This document shows, one piece after another, positions 37,391 through 49,540 of a stretch of 64,000 nt of DNA. A program made the position numbers and the translations under genes. Every line of letters begins with the position of its first letter. Within the stretch, counting starts at the first letter, position 1. The notes below the pieces were generated by a model that had not been told where the DNA came from, did no database searches, and saw nothing but the letters and a program-made list of their open reading frames with translations. This DNA is from Basidiobolus meristosporus CBS 931.73 (lineage: Eukaryota > Fungi > Basidiobolomycota), in the NCBI GenBank assembly GCA_002104905.1, contig MCFE01000038.1, positions 1 to 64,000 of the forward strand, in the 5' to 3' direction.

Positions 37391-40050
37391 CTATGGGTCA
37401 CAAGATTTAAATTTCTGATGGCCTTTGACTGGATAGTCTCAATTATTTTCAAATTGGATGTATTGGCTAGTTTGACCCTATCACAGAAATGTAGGACATA
37501 CTAAAGCAGTCAAGGCCAACCTACACCTACTATGAAGCCATCAAGACTATGGAGATGATAAGTATACATTGCAAAGCATATATATGTTAGACAGATCTAT
37601 CATATGAAAAATATAGAAAACCTATGCCAATTAGGTGAATCTATAGATATCAAAGTGTTACATGCAAAGAAGCCCAAATAGACTGATAAAAGCAATGATG
37701 CTGTTTTATATCAGTTAAGGACTAGCCTGTTAATTAGATATTATAAATAGTCACAAGGCAGGAAAATAGAGATAGTCAAGATAAGATTTGGTGTAGATCA
37801 ACATGACAAGCGAGACTCCAAGGCATAGCTGCATATTCAAGTCCTGTGCTTACCTAGCTCAGGAATACATAAGAGGGACAGAACAATATATACCTTTTGG
37901 CAAAGTGGGTGCCATGAGATATTGGCTGATACTAATTGGTTTCAGGGTGAGACACAGTAAGTATGCCAAGATAGAAATATGCCAGCATATAGACTAGAAT
38001 ATCAAATGTGGATATGCATCAGCTATTTGTAGGCTTACTTTAAGCACATTTATCAATTGGGATATTGCTAAGGGAAGATAAAGTCCAGTACCAAATTCCC
38101 TTACTACACGAGCACCCATTGATGGGAATTTGCCTTTAGGATATTTGATGAGAATGAACAGTAGATAAGAGTATACCTTTTCTACAGCCTCCTAATGCGG
38201 GAATCCAACACATGACTATATGTTGCGGTAACTTCCCCCAGGTAACCGAAGTTGACGCATAATGCACGTATTTCTTGCTTTGCCGAATATCATTGGGCAA
38301 GTGGAAATTCCCCAAGAATCATGAATCACACAATACTCAATACAGTGATCCAGATTGTAGGGAGTTTGAATGAAAAAGTGTAGGGAGCGTTGATACGCTT
38401 CATGGCAAATGCTGGACAAGATGCCTGTAGCGAATGCCCTAAGGCGCCAGTACAACGGCTTGGTTCACAACATCCTCGTCAATGACAACTGAACGGATCT
38501 TTGAATTGAAACGATGGCTTGATTCGAAACCATCCTGACTATGGCAATGCTGTATCAATGGATTTTGCAAATATCCATTTGGTGGTAGTAATATTACGAT
38601 CCATTACCGATAAGGCATCTAGTTAGCGCTGCATCCAAGCACACAAATGAACTGTCACTGCGATTAGCATGAATTGGTGCTGTGCTCTTTTGAATGTGAA
38701 ACTTGAAGCCTCACATGAAACTGCTTATTAGATCTCAAACATCTCTCTGCAACCGTTCCAGCAACTACGATTTGGCCCAAGGTGATATGCAATCACTGCA
38801 AAGACCCGATCCATATTTGCAGACAACATTACTTCGTTCGACCGTGTATATCGCTACGTACTGATTTGTAAGGTCAAGCAAATGCAACCGCAGTGATGAG
38901 AGATGCATCAGCACTTCTCGACTATACTTCAGTATTATGGGGAATTGTCTTACCAGAATATATTACCTCATGCATCTCCCCAAAGCCTTGCGTGTAAGAG
39001 TTGCATATATAAGCAAACTAAGGTTAAGATTAGTCACAATCTCCGATTAGATTATCAAATATTTGTCAGATATTAAGCTCCTATCCAGTCCATAACATCA
39101 CCAACAATCGCCGGCACCTGTTCCTTGAAAGGAACAAATACAAATTCGAGACCTAAATTGGCATGTTCAGTCAAATAGTGCAGCATCATCCTCGATCAGT
39201 TATAGTTAAAGTATGCCTCGATGGAATTCTGTAAATCATCCTCCTACTTCATTGAATCCCTCAAATTGAGCCTTTTGCCCCTTTCTTCGAACAAGGCATG
39301 CCATGCTCCAATCGCAAAAGAGCCAACATCCCTTCTAGAGCAATAGCCATCTACGATTCAAGTCATTCCTGACTGGCCAAAACCAACCAGTCCGATCTCG
39401 AATTTTTGTATCCTCAGCACCTTTACCATAGTGAGGTAGGATTAGGCTAAAGGTGAGTCAGACAAAGATTAGGCCTTCTCTAGATTGCCTAAATAAGTCG
39501 AGCCTAAGGTCTAATGGAACAGATAAATTGGTTCTTCACAGCGTATGTACATGACCGATATTCGCCAATTGCCATAATTATATACATTAATGGCAACGCA
39601 CTAGTGGAATCAGCAACGTCGATTAGTGGTCACTGAAAAAACTCAATTCGAGTGTAACGGCGCTCTCGCAAATACCATGCCTATTCAATATAATCCAACT
39701 TGATTTGGCAATAGTCGCCATCCAAATACTGTAGAGAGTAAATCGGGGAGCAATGGAATTGACGTATAAATCTTCATTCATTTCTAAAGCATGCCATTGG
39801 TTTTCCCATGTGCAGCGGAGGCCTGGCTGGAAAGGGCATTGGCTTCGAGATTCGTTCATCAATTAATGTAAGACTAGGTCTAGGAATGTGCACACGGTTT
39901 GATTGGAAAGAAAGGTTAAAGTATACAACACGTATATGTAGTTCAGGAAAGGAAATTCCTAAAGTGGGGTTCTGGTGCTGGCGATTCTTGTATATAACTC
40001 CATAATACCAGAAGCTCACATTATCGTTTCAGTCCTTAGCAAAACTCAAT

Positions 40051-40503
40051 ATGTTTGCATTTCTCTCCTGCTGCCTACCCACCAGCAACTACACCCGAGT
40101 TCCCGAATGCCCTAGCTTAACCGAAAAAGAAGGCCTCTCTTCGATCAACGCATTCTCTAGCAGAGTCATCAGCCGCGTCATTGCGACCGAGACAATCGAT
40201 GGGGGCGAAGATATGCCACGCCCTTTGCAATGCGACAAAGGCGCCCGCATATGCGTGGTTGACAAAACCGACGATTATTTTATCGGCTTCTTGGAAAACG
40301 ACTCGATGAGGGCTTTGGGCACTTTCTCCATCGACAAATGCCAAGTTGACAGAACTTGGCTAGTGGAGAAGCTTTCAGAGTGCTCGATCTCAAGTGATAG
40401 CGAGGCCGAGCCAGAGTCCCGAAATATTATCTCCGAAGTGATAGTCCAAGAGCCTGAGCCATACTCCATCGGTCTAGCGAAATCTGTTGAGATCGAAGTC
40501 TAG
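40051..40503 (+). CDS. Small protein with a degenerate SH3-like domain and N-terminal Cys-Cys, 150 aa
   Basis: Clean single-exon ORF. RVIATETIDGGEDMPRPLQCDKGARICVVDKTDDYFIGFLENDSMRALGTFSIDKCQV follows SH3 spacing (A..., L.f.kG..I.V, G.F). Acidic/Ser-rich tail. Confidence 0.65.
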   Translation: MFAFLSCCLPTSNYTRVPECPSLTEKEGLSSINAFSSRVISRVIATETIDGGEDMPRPLQCDKGARICVVDKTDDYFIGFLENDSMRALGTFSIDKCQVDRTWLVEKLSECSISSDSEAEPESRNIISEVIVQEPEPYSIGLAKSVEIEV

Positions 40504-42485
40504 CCCGGCACATTCCTAATAACCTGACTCTGGAAGTCAGGCTGCTCATCTTCCCATCCCCATCCAATAGCTGGCTTAAAATGCACATTCCCATTATATC
40601 AATCCATTCATATCACGAGGATTCCTCGTCTTAGTAGTCGGCAGAGATTGCAAAATATTGGGTTGAAAACTGTGTACACCCATGTTATATATGTCAATTC
40701 CTCTAATAGACTGTCCCACCCCAATAAATCCCATCCAGAGTAACTGCCGATGGATTTGGGAATTCTCGGGAAATCTGATTTTGAATCATACTGCTTCCAA
40801 CATGTGCTGGCTGTGTACCCAAAGCCGAAAGTAGCAACCAGGAACACAAGGTGTGGGCTTTCGAGGGATTCCGTGTTCGCGTGTACTACCCAGCGTTCAG
40901 GTGCCCTCGAATTCCCCAATCCTGCACGACCATATCTACAAACAGGACTGCATAAACGCTTACGACGCCGATGCAGTGATGCTGCAAAAGCGGGATTTAT
41001 TTATACACACTAGGCGTGAGATCAGAGTTTGTGAGGGGGCAAGGGGTGACTATGTGGTCTCGCAGTGGGTGAGTGTCGCTTGATTACCCATGGTAAGCAC
41101 CACCTACAGCACCCATAAAATCAGGATTAACAAATAGTTACTGTTCTTATTCGAACATGAAGGTGGGCTTCGGATGAGTTCATGGTGCTTGGCAAGAAAC
41201 ATCTCATGTCTCAATACCGGCGGCCAGTCGTTGGCCATTTTCCATGATGGGCAAGCACTTTGCCCCAAATGCTAGAGTTCTGGGCTGGCTAGGGGCCTGC
41301 TTGTTGATCGGTGCGAGGTCCACCGTGTTAATGTCCATAGCATCATGCTTCCATATGATCAGTCTCATAGCAACTTGCGGCCTCAGCTGCTGCCTGGCCC
41401 AGTGTGACAATCTGCATATACAACGGCCCAAATCACCAAGGGTGTTACTGTCAAACACAGAACGATCTGATTTGCGGGATGTGTTGGCGCAACTTGGAAC
41501 TCAATGCCGTCCATTAGTCTCAATTTTGCTTCAGTTTCGGTTATGGAAACCAACCTTGCATACAGTCAATCAGGCTTGGCTCATGGAGAGGACGGTAAGG
41601 AACCCGATAAGAATCGACCCTACGGCCATTCATACCTACATATATGCACATATATGGGAATCTAGATTGCATCATGTTGCGGATGATTGATTAGAATGAA
41701 AGAAACCATTTCCGACTGAAACCCGTACCAGCCACTAGTTACTTCAGCAATGGTGTGCTTTACGAGGCTGTGCAGCGAGTGTTGATTGGGATATTCTTTG
41801 ATATGTCCCACGCAGTAGACCATCCGCGAGTTGGGAAGGATGGCCCTGGTTGTGTCTTTGCGGATCCTCGTCTGTTGCATCCAAGGTGGCTCAAGGCCCG
41901 GCTGAGCCATTGGAGCGTCCTAGGAGCGGCTGGCATGGATCACGGGCCGTCTGTGGTCTCCGTCTTCGTCAGACGTGGGTGCTGGAAGAAAATGCGGGTA
42001 GAAGGAGATATCGCACCAAGTATTGGATGCTGGTCAGAAGACAGGTATGTGATCATCCCGTGTCCCCAAAGCTTTCATGGCAATTTTCAGTTTATCGCAG
42101 GTATCGATTGGTATAGGATTATCACGTAATCAGCCAATCTAAACCAGATGATTGAATATCCACCGATTTCTGACTTGGATGTGAGACTGTTTTATCACGG
42201 AATGTCATAACGCTCAGTAGTATCACTTGAGACAGAATTAAATTGCTGGAGACCAATCGAGTACGCAATGAGTCTTACCTAATTATACTTAGCAGGTGTA
42301 TCCTAAAGGTATTTAAGGGCGACGTCCAGCGGAATGGATGCTCTAATAAACTATTTTGAATCAAGCCAAATTTGAATTGGATCATCCATCTGCGTGTCTA
42401 GCCTAATTCAGCCTACTACTCTTCTATCTCTCTCTAGTGCATTGTATCCATATCCACTTTCGTATATATCATCCTTGCATTCACT

Positions 42486-43049
42486 ATGATCACAGCTGTA
42501 AATTGTACACAGAGCAGCACCACCACAGCATACAAGCCACTCCCAAACACATTGATAAGTAAGCGATCCTTCTTTTGCATCCACCCCACAGACCCGATTT
42601 CTCACATTCCAAGTGTAGGTTTCACAGCCGAGTCCATGTGCAATGTTCTGAACTGTAAAGCGCGCCCCATGGCAAACATCACACTTCCGGAGCTGCTACT
42701 CTTTATCGAGCGCGTGGCTGAGCGTTCGCGTATTGATGCTGTCACCGGAGTAGTCGCCTTGATGTATGTTTATCGCCTGAAAGTCAAGCTTCCACCTAAA
42801 GCGCAAGGGGAATACGGCACCTCCCACCGGATTTTCCTGTCCAGCCTGTTGGTTGCCTCGAAGTTCCTGTACGGGAAGGAGGGGCTGAATAACCGCATGA
42901 TGGCCGAAGCATCTGGCGTGTTTTCCGCACAACAGGTTTGCAAAATGGAAAGGGAGCTGCTTGAGCTTCTGAACTACAATGTGTGGGTCAACGACGTGGA
43001 TGTTCAGGAGTTTTTGGAGAAGTACAAATCGGAGCTCTGTTGCATTTGA
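42486..43049 (+). CDS. Pho85-type (Pcl1/Pcl2-like) cyclin; probable in-frame 60-nt intron at 42559-42618
   Basis: LPELLLFIERV..RS, ALMYVYRLKVKLPPKAQGEYGTSHRIFLSSLLVASK, FSAQQVCKMERELLELLNY form a cyclin-N box. The GTAAGC...TGTAG intron preserves the frame. Confidence 0.9.
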   Translation: MITAVNCTQSSTTTAYKPLPNTLISKRSFFCIHPTDPISHIPSVGFTAESMCNVLNCKARPMANITLPELLLFIERVAERSRIDAVTGVVALMYVYRLKVKLPPKAQGEYGTSHRIFLSSLLVASKFLYGKEGLNNRMMAEASGVFSAQQVCKMERELLELLNYNVWVNDVDVQEFLEKYKSELCCI

Positions 43050-45199
43050 AGTAGTCCTAGTATTTCTGGTGTAACCAACGTAGCTAGGCCACCCTCGCAT
43101 CCACCGTATTGGATAGCCTAAATGTGATAGGGTCTAACCGCGCAAATATTAACCATTCAGGAGCGATATTCAGTGCTCACCTACAGGAGGCTAATTGTAA
43201 AGCAACGACGTGTCATCACTAGACATCTAATCATAAGACCTCTGAATAATGTAAAAGTAACATGTATATATGCTTGCTAAAACAATCTTAATGACTGTTC
43301 ATAAGCTCCACCCCCTACTGGATTGCTGTTCGTACTCACCCATCAACTTCATCAGTTCGTTCGTATGCCATATTCTTCGTGGCGAACCGGAATAAAAGCG
43401 GCTACGCGCCACATCGTTCAAACAAGTTTGCCCGAGCCCTGAGCTCCCTCAGCAATGGGCTTTGGCACATCTGGGCAGCTGATCAAGCGGTTCAAGATGT
43501 GGCCGCAGCCAGTCTGCGTGATAGGAAAATCATCAGCAGCAGAGGTGGTTAAGCCATCCTCCGATGTAATCAACCTTCACATGACACTGTCACATTCACC
43601 AGTTGTGTAAATCAGGAATCCGGGAATGGTGTAAAAGCATGTGTTGAGTCAGCATTGATTTCAGCGTTTCAATCATGTTTGACACATGATTTGTGCAAAG
43701 CATGGTACAAGTGTAAGGTACTAATGCCTCATTACTATATTCCTCCCATTGGCTTCTCATGCGGCCAGTAGAGAATACATGAACCTAGAGCATTTGATGT
43801 GAATAGCGGGAGAGCTAGTGGGGCAGTTGTTCTTAGACTCCCAGCTTGGTGTGGGCGCTAACTCAACGTGGTAAACAGAAACTCAGGCACCATATGGCGG
43901 TGGGTTTAGAATTGCTCTTGTCTCACCAGTCGCAGCAGAAGTAAAGTTGGTGTAACACGCATTTAATATGGCGCTGCCAGTTTAGAAAGCAGCAGCCGCC
44001 TCAACTGCAAATTAATTGAGCCTCGGTTTGTAACTGCTGCAGTTGATAAAAATGCATGCTGATATAAGTGGAAATATCGTGAAGCAGATTGATGCATTGT
44101 TTGTTGCGTTGGTGCTTCCCATGTAGAGCTCCAATTGATTCAGCTGCATGAGGGCCTGGCAGGGCTTGCTCACTACGTAATTTAGCTTAACAGCCTCACA
44201 CTGCTTTGAGCCATGATCTGCACCCAAAGGTACAAGCGGCTACAGCGGCATGCAATGATGGAATTCTATTGCCCAGGTGGCATTGTGCCTGCTGCAAAGA
44301 TTATTCATTTTGTCTTCAGCGTTGCCGACGACTTGCCACACAGGAAGATCGATGGGCGAAATATACATTTTTATATATTCCAAGTATCGAGCCGCATTTC
44401 GTTCATGTCCAAAAGCCGATGGCAAGGCAGGCACTATGTATATCGTGGCCATCGTTAAGCTGGATTTGAGGTAAACCATTCATGCAGGGCCAAGTGCCGA
44501 TCGGATTCCATGGGTCTCTTAAATCAGAAGTCACCCCTTTTTACTCACTATCTTGAGTATCTTCCATTTCTTTATCTCGTCAGCATTTAGGTGGTCCTAT
44601 TTTGAAACTAGTTAAGCCTTTCTAACCTTAATCCCATCCATAACCAACAATAATCCCTCCTGGTGGTAACATTTGCCCGAACTTCCAGCCATAACCCAAC
44701 AACACAAGAACCGTAAATCCGCTAACGATGCACTTTCGTCGCAACAAAAAAGTCTCAAGGTTGGTATGGTTCATATTATCGTTGTACGGATCACTTCGCT
44801 CGGTTTGGCTCTTGCTTGGACTCAATTTTCAAGCTGATCAATTGCTACCTAATTTCGGTTACACAAAGGATGCTATTGAAATTTATTAAATCCCCTCGTT
44901 TCACCAACTATCTTGGTTTGAAATATCTACCTTTACCAAGACAGGAAAAAGCCCTCCACCACCCACTCCATATTTACCAAGGGGTTGTCTTCAGCAGCAC
45001 GTCTGTTTACTTACTAGTGCCAAGCGAGTTCTCTAAACAGTTGCTTGATATTACTACACCCTCCCCTATCTAGCCCGAAACTCTCTGGATAGACTAACCT
45101 TATCCCCACTTTCCTTGGTTCCTGGGATTTCCAAGAGCCCCGATTCCGTTGTGTCCTTACTCCACGCAACTGTTAACAACCATTATTTTCCTTTCCCCA

Positions 45200-46727
45200 A
45201 TGTCTGCAACTAGGCCCACTGCTCCCGATGGAATACTTTACCGACTTGCGTCCCGAGGTGATACCCACTTCGATAAGCAGCAGTATAAAGAGGCCATTAC
45301 CTTTTACACCAAAGCCTTGATCAAAACAAAAACTGTCGCCGAAGAGCCAGGGGCCAGGGACTTTATCGCTCTTGTATTTGCAAACCGCTCTGCAGCCTAT
45401 TTCTACATCGGGTGCTTGGTGGATTCGGCCAAAGATGCCGAGGTGGTGGTTAGACTCAAGCCGGACTGGAGCAAGGTACGGGCGTGTCTCGGCTCTCAAA
45501 AAGAGGCCTCCGTGTAGGAGTCGCTTATTAATCCTTTTAATGCCAGGGCTACTTTCGACTAGCTGAAGCGTATTTCGGCTTACGGAGATTCAAGGAGGCA
45601 GTCGATGCCTATCAGAAATCTGTCATGCTGGTAATTCTTGCCCCGAAAGGACGTCTGAGCACTGACTTCGATGGCCAACGTTAACGCTAACCCGACTTCT
45701 CAAAGGATCCTACATGCATCGAAGCGAGGACGAACCTGATCAAGTCAAAATACTTGGCGGAAGATACTGATAATGGTATGTCTTGATGGCTGGACCAAAA
45801 GCATAATCCACGGGATATTAAGCCCACCTTACATGTAGGGATCATGATTCTACAGCTAACTCCCGGAAAGGACATTGCCATTCCCAACAGCTACAACCCA
45901 ATCCAAAACAAGATATACGAGTACGCCATTGAGATGCGAAATTTTGTGTATATCATCGCGGACGTTGTATCAAGACTTTGTGTGGTGGTTGATGCGGTAT
46001 GTAGACCATCAGCCGCCTTTGCTTCGCCGCCTACTCATGCCACAGTTTTCAGTGCTGGGACGCGCAAGGGATCATGGATGTCATCAAGCGGGAGAAGCTT
46101 CATTGTATCGGAGCTATAGTGACGCACTACCACTTCGACCATGTAGGAGGTAAGCATCAGCGCAAGCCCGCCAAGGACACTGCAGCCCACGCGTATACAT
46201 ATCAAACTCAACGATTTTGTACCATTCCAGGCACTCCACCATCGCCCTTCAACCAACTTCCCATCAAGGTTACCGGGCTGGCCACTATGATCAAGAAATG
46301 GCCCAACGTAAGGGCGTACATTCATCAAGAAGATATTCGCTACGTGCGAGAGTCGAATCCCGAGATTGACCCCAACCGGATCATTCCCACTACCCACGAT
46401 TTTGAGCTCAAGCTAGGGACCGACAGTATTATTCGGTTCCTGCATACACCTGGGCACACACCAGGCAGCCAGTGTTTGCTGGTAAACAACAACCGGCTGT
46501 TCTCGGGGGATACGCTTTTTCTTGGGACGTGTGGTCGTTTAGACCTTCCCGGTGCATGCAAACTAGATATGTTCCAGTCCCTTCAGCAAGTGCTGAAGGA
46601 CCTCGACGACAATACCATGGTCTATCCTGGCCACAACTACGGTGGCGAATGGACGACCATAGCACAGGAAAAAGCACACGGCATATTACGAGGCGTTTCA
46701 AGAGAGAAATGGCTAGCCACGCATTGA
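45200..46727 (+). CDS. TPR + metallo-beta-lactamase-fold (glyoxalase II-like) fusion protein, 6 exons, ~400 aa
   Basis: The TPR part has GDTHFDKQQYKEAITFYTKAL, FANRSAAY, KPDWSK|GYFRLAEAY and EAVDAYQK. The MBL part has NFVYII, VTHYHFDHVGG, HTPGHTPGS, FSGDTLF..CGR.DLPG and VYPGHNYG. All five GT-AG introns join in frame. Confidence 0.92.
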
Positions 46728-46749
46728 ACGTAACCGCATCAACGAACCT

Positions 46750-47657
46750 TTAGTATTTAATAATTAATCGATTTCCAACCATACTTCCCACATTAATCAT
46801 CACTCCTCCCTCCTCACATCCCATACCTCCCTCTGCCCCTCCTCTCCCTTCCCCACCAACATACCCTGAATGAATTATCAAATTGAATGGACTTCCAGAA
46901 CATCGCATTTTGCATCTACCAAATAGACATAGATCCGTGGATTGAATAGAGTTCTTTAGACCCAGCTGCGATTCGCCATTCGGAGAGGGAGTGCAGGGTT
47001 TTGGCCAGATGGATGGGAGGGTGCCATCTTCCCATGGAGACCAATAAACCACCATTTGCAATTTCTCGGCATCTAGGTTGATTCTGGGGGAAGGGGAATT
47101 GATGAAGCATGATTGGAGAGGAACGCCACTTCGAAGATTAGATAGATGTGATATGGTGGTTTCGGGAGATAATGGAAATCGTGTGTAGCCCAGAAATTGC
47201 ACCAACCTCCACCCTGCATCGGAAATCACCCGTATGCAGCTTCCACCGAGGTCCGCCATCCAGGAGCATGGCTGGAGAAGCGTGTTGTGGGTGCGGTGGA
47301 GTCCGATCGTGAGTACTTGGCCCGGGTAGCTTCGCACACATCGCCACTCGGCCGACTGGCTCTCACTCCTATCGGATCTTTCGCTTGATGCAGCGGGAAT
47401 CTGGAGAGCTGGTAACCACCCGTCACAACTGAAATATACCGTGACCACTTGGGGTAACTTGGCTGAGCTTTTTAATGGAATTTAGGTAACAAACGATACA
47501 GCTCGCATATAGATGGTTATACCTGGAGCCAATACCATATGGAATATCAACAGATTCTAGGAATCGAGATGGTAGTAAGAAGGGAGGGTTGTGTGGGGTG
47601 GGGTGTGCAAAGATGATGTGATGGGGGTGAATGGCAATCACCAACGATCCTCATCAT
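46750..47657 (-). CDS. Hypothetical protein, at least 3 exons, no family recognised
   Basis: ATGATG at 47657, then GT-AG introns that join in phase (MMRIV|ESVDIPYGIGS|SSAKLPQVVTVYFSCDGW...) to a 232-codon ORF. The first donor (GTGATT) is weak and the 3' end is uncertain. Confidence 0.45.
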
Positions 47658-48013
47658 TTATCAAGAAACAAACGATTTGAACAAGTGAACTATGGCAGTT
47701 GCAACGTAGTGCCTACGTAGTCAACTGCACTGGATATGGGTGGAGAATATAAAGCAAAGAAGGGATATTTGAGATTTTGCCTACAGCACACCAGCGCTCC
47801 TTGATGATTGGTGGTGAGCAGAAGCAAAGGTCTCGTAGCATTTCATGGCCTGCCAAGAGAAAAGACTGAAAATCAAGAACATATCTTTCAATTCTGAGAA
47901 GTGGGGGTGGAATGTACAAAATGATCAACACAAGTGGTTTTTTAGATATGAAGGACGCTGTACAATGGGGACCAGCAAGCAATTGAATGAGCTCGTCCGA
48001 CAAAGCATCCGAC

Positions 48014-49540
48014 TCAGTCAATTGACCATCTCTTCTGGGCCTCCGGGCTGTCCAGGTTTAGTGAGCCATTCCAATTTACGGCGGTATGGTTTACTTGGGT
48101 GGTGAAGGGGTTAGGGAAAGGCTACCGACTAAAACAGACAAGAGTCACTTACTGTGCTGCTTCAGTCCCTGGCCAAAGTTCCGGAGAGCTTTAAAGGTGA
48201 AAGCAACGGTAGCCTAGACGGTTCAAACCATTAGCATAATCATTCCATATCGCATAGAAAAGGCCACTCACCAGTCCCAATAAAAAACATACGATTACTA
48301 AATGTTCGGGAAGGCGGATTAGTATGGTTAGCTATCAGATGTTGTGTTGCTCCAGGTTACCGAAGAAGGTTAAAAAGTAGCGAGACCCCTCGAAACGGTC
48401 GCATTTACGGCTGAAGCTTTCTCCATTGATTCGACAACTATAGCTAAGCGAGCCATCGGGGGTGTACATAATCACGAGCTTGTATATCAGATAGCCCAAA
48501 GTTGTGAAACAGGCGAGCATAAACACGATGATCCCAAATCGGTTCTCGGCACGCAACTACATCCCAAATACTAAAGTTAAAGAGAGTGGCGAAGGAACCG
48601 AGTAATACGCATATTTACCGCCCAGAACGATAGGATCATCATGGAAATCGTTCCGCAAAGGGAGACGGTTACATGAATTATAAGCTCGTCGTTTCCAGGG
48701 GATTGCGAAGTGTCAATGACCAGAGCAAGGTACTGCACAGAGAACCCGAGAAGGAAGAATATATCGAACTTTAAGAGCATCAACAAGATCTGATACACTT
48801 TGTATATGGCTAGAAGAGGCCCACAAAATAGATTAATAACAGGATTGGGTTTGTGTGGCTCAAGTACACCCATACTTACATCGCATCCGTAGGTCAGCAC
48901 CGATCTTCTTGTATATGTTCCACCCGTACTCCTGATAAAGCTGATATGCCTCATAGGCAAAACTCAAGGAGAATATCAGCATCAAGATGATGATAGCATA
49001 CTCCAGATTACGCGACGCGTTGTATCCCGGATAAATGTCTGCGATATTCTCACTGACTATGATATTCTTGGCTTGGATATGCTGCAAGATAGCATACCCC
49101 ATTGCCAAGAAGTTGAATATGGCCAAAGCAATCACTTGGATAGTGTTCTTGTTATATGTCTACGTCCAGGGTAGAGTTAATGTTGAGGAAAGGAACTAGA
49201 GTTCGAGTATTCAGACTTACAGCATCCAAGCAAAGAATCAGCTGAAATATTTGCGCAATGATGAATAGAATGTAGTAGATGCTTAAGGCTTTGTCCTTGA
49301 GAGGAGGTACTTTGGACACTTTGCTGTACGCGGCAAGTTGCTTCAAATGTAAATTGTACACAATGGCCTCAAGGGTGCAGATAACCACCGCTTGTAACAG
49401 CGAGGAGAGCATAGAAATACGCACATATTTTGACGTACCGAACTGTGGCGGTTCACAAGTTAAATCTCAGGCAAAAGGGCACTTTAAAAAGGTAGGTTAC
49501 GACTTACCCAACGTTCAGACAGAGAGGATAAATACCTCAT
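48014..49540 (-). CDS. Multi-pass membrane protein, UPF0658-like fungal family, 8 exons
   Basis: Spliced: MRYLSSLSERW|FGTSKY..., CLDA|TYNKNTIQVIAL, LYQEYGWNIYKKIGADLRMR, LLKFDIFFLLGFSVQY, WA|LRAEN, ALRNFGQGLKQH|IN...KRWSID*. All introns are canonical. The family name comes from remembered motifs. Confidence 0.88.

Larger units (their letters stand above)
26472..38100. other. CpG-depleted nested-transposon island 1
   Basis: About ten CG dinucleotides found by eye in ~11.6 kb, whereas the flanks are CG-rich. Every recognisable ORF is a TE pseudogene with stops and frameshifts. Confidence 0.9.

Noticed and set aside
37390-38100. Possible non-LTR RT remnant
   Set aside because: CpG-depleted like a TE, but no diagnostic motif is readable.
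26472-38100. Classical RIP as the cause of TE decay
   Set aside because: CpA and TpG remain abundant and the dominant loss is CpG.
40600-42130. GC-richer stretch with several 80-150 aa ORFs on both strands
   Set aside because: There are in-frame stops, no coherent exon chain and no recognisable domain.
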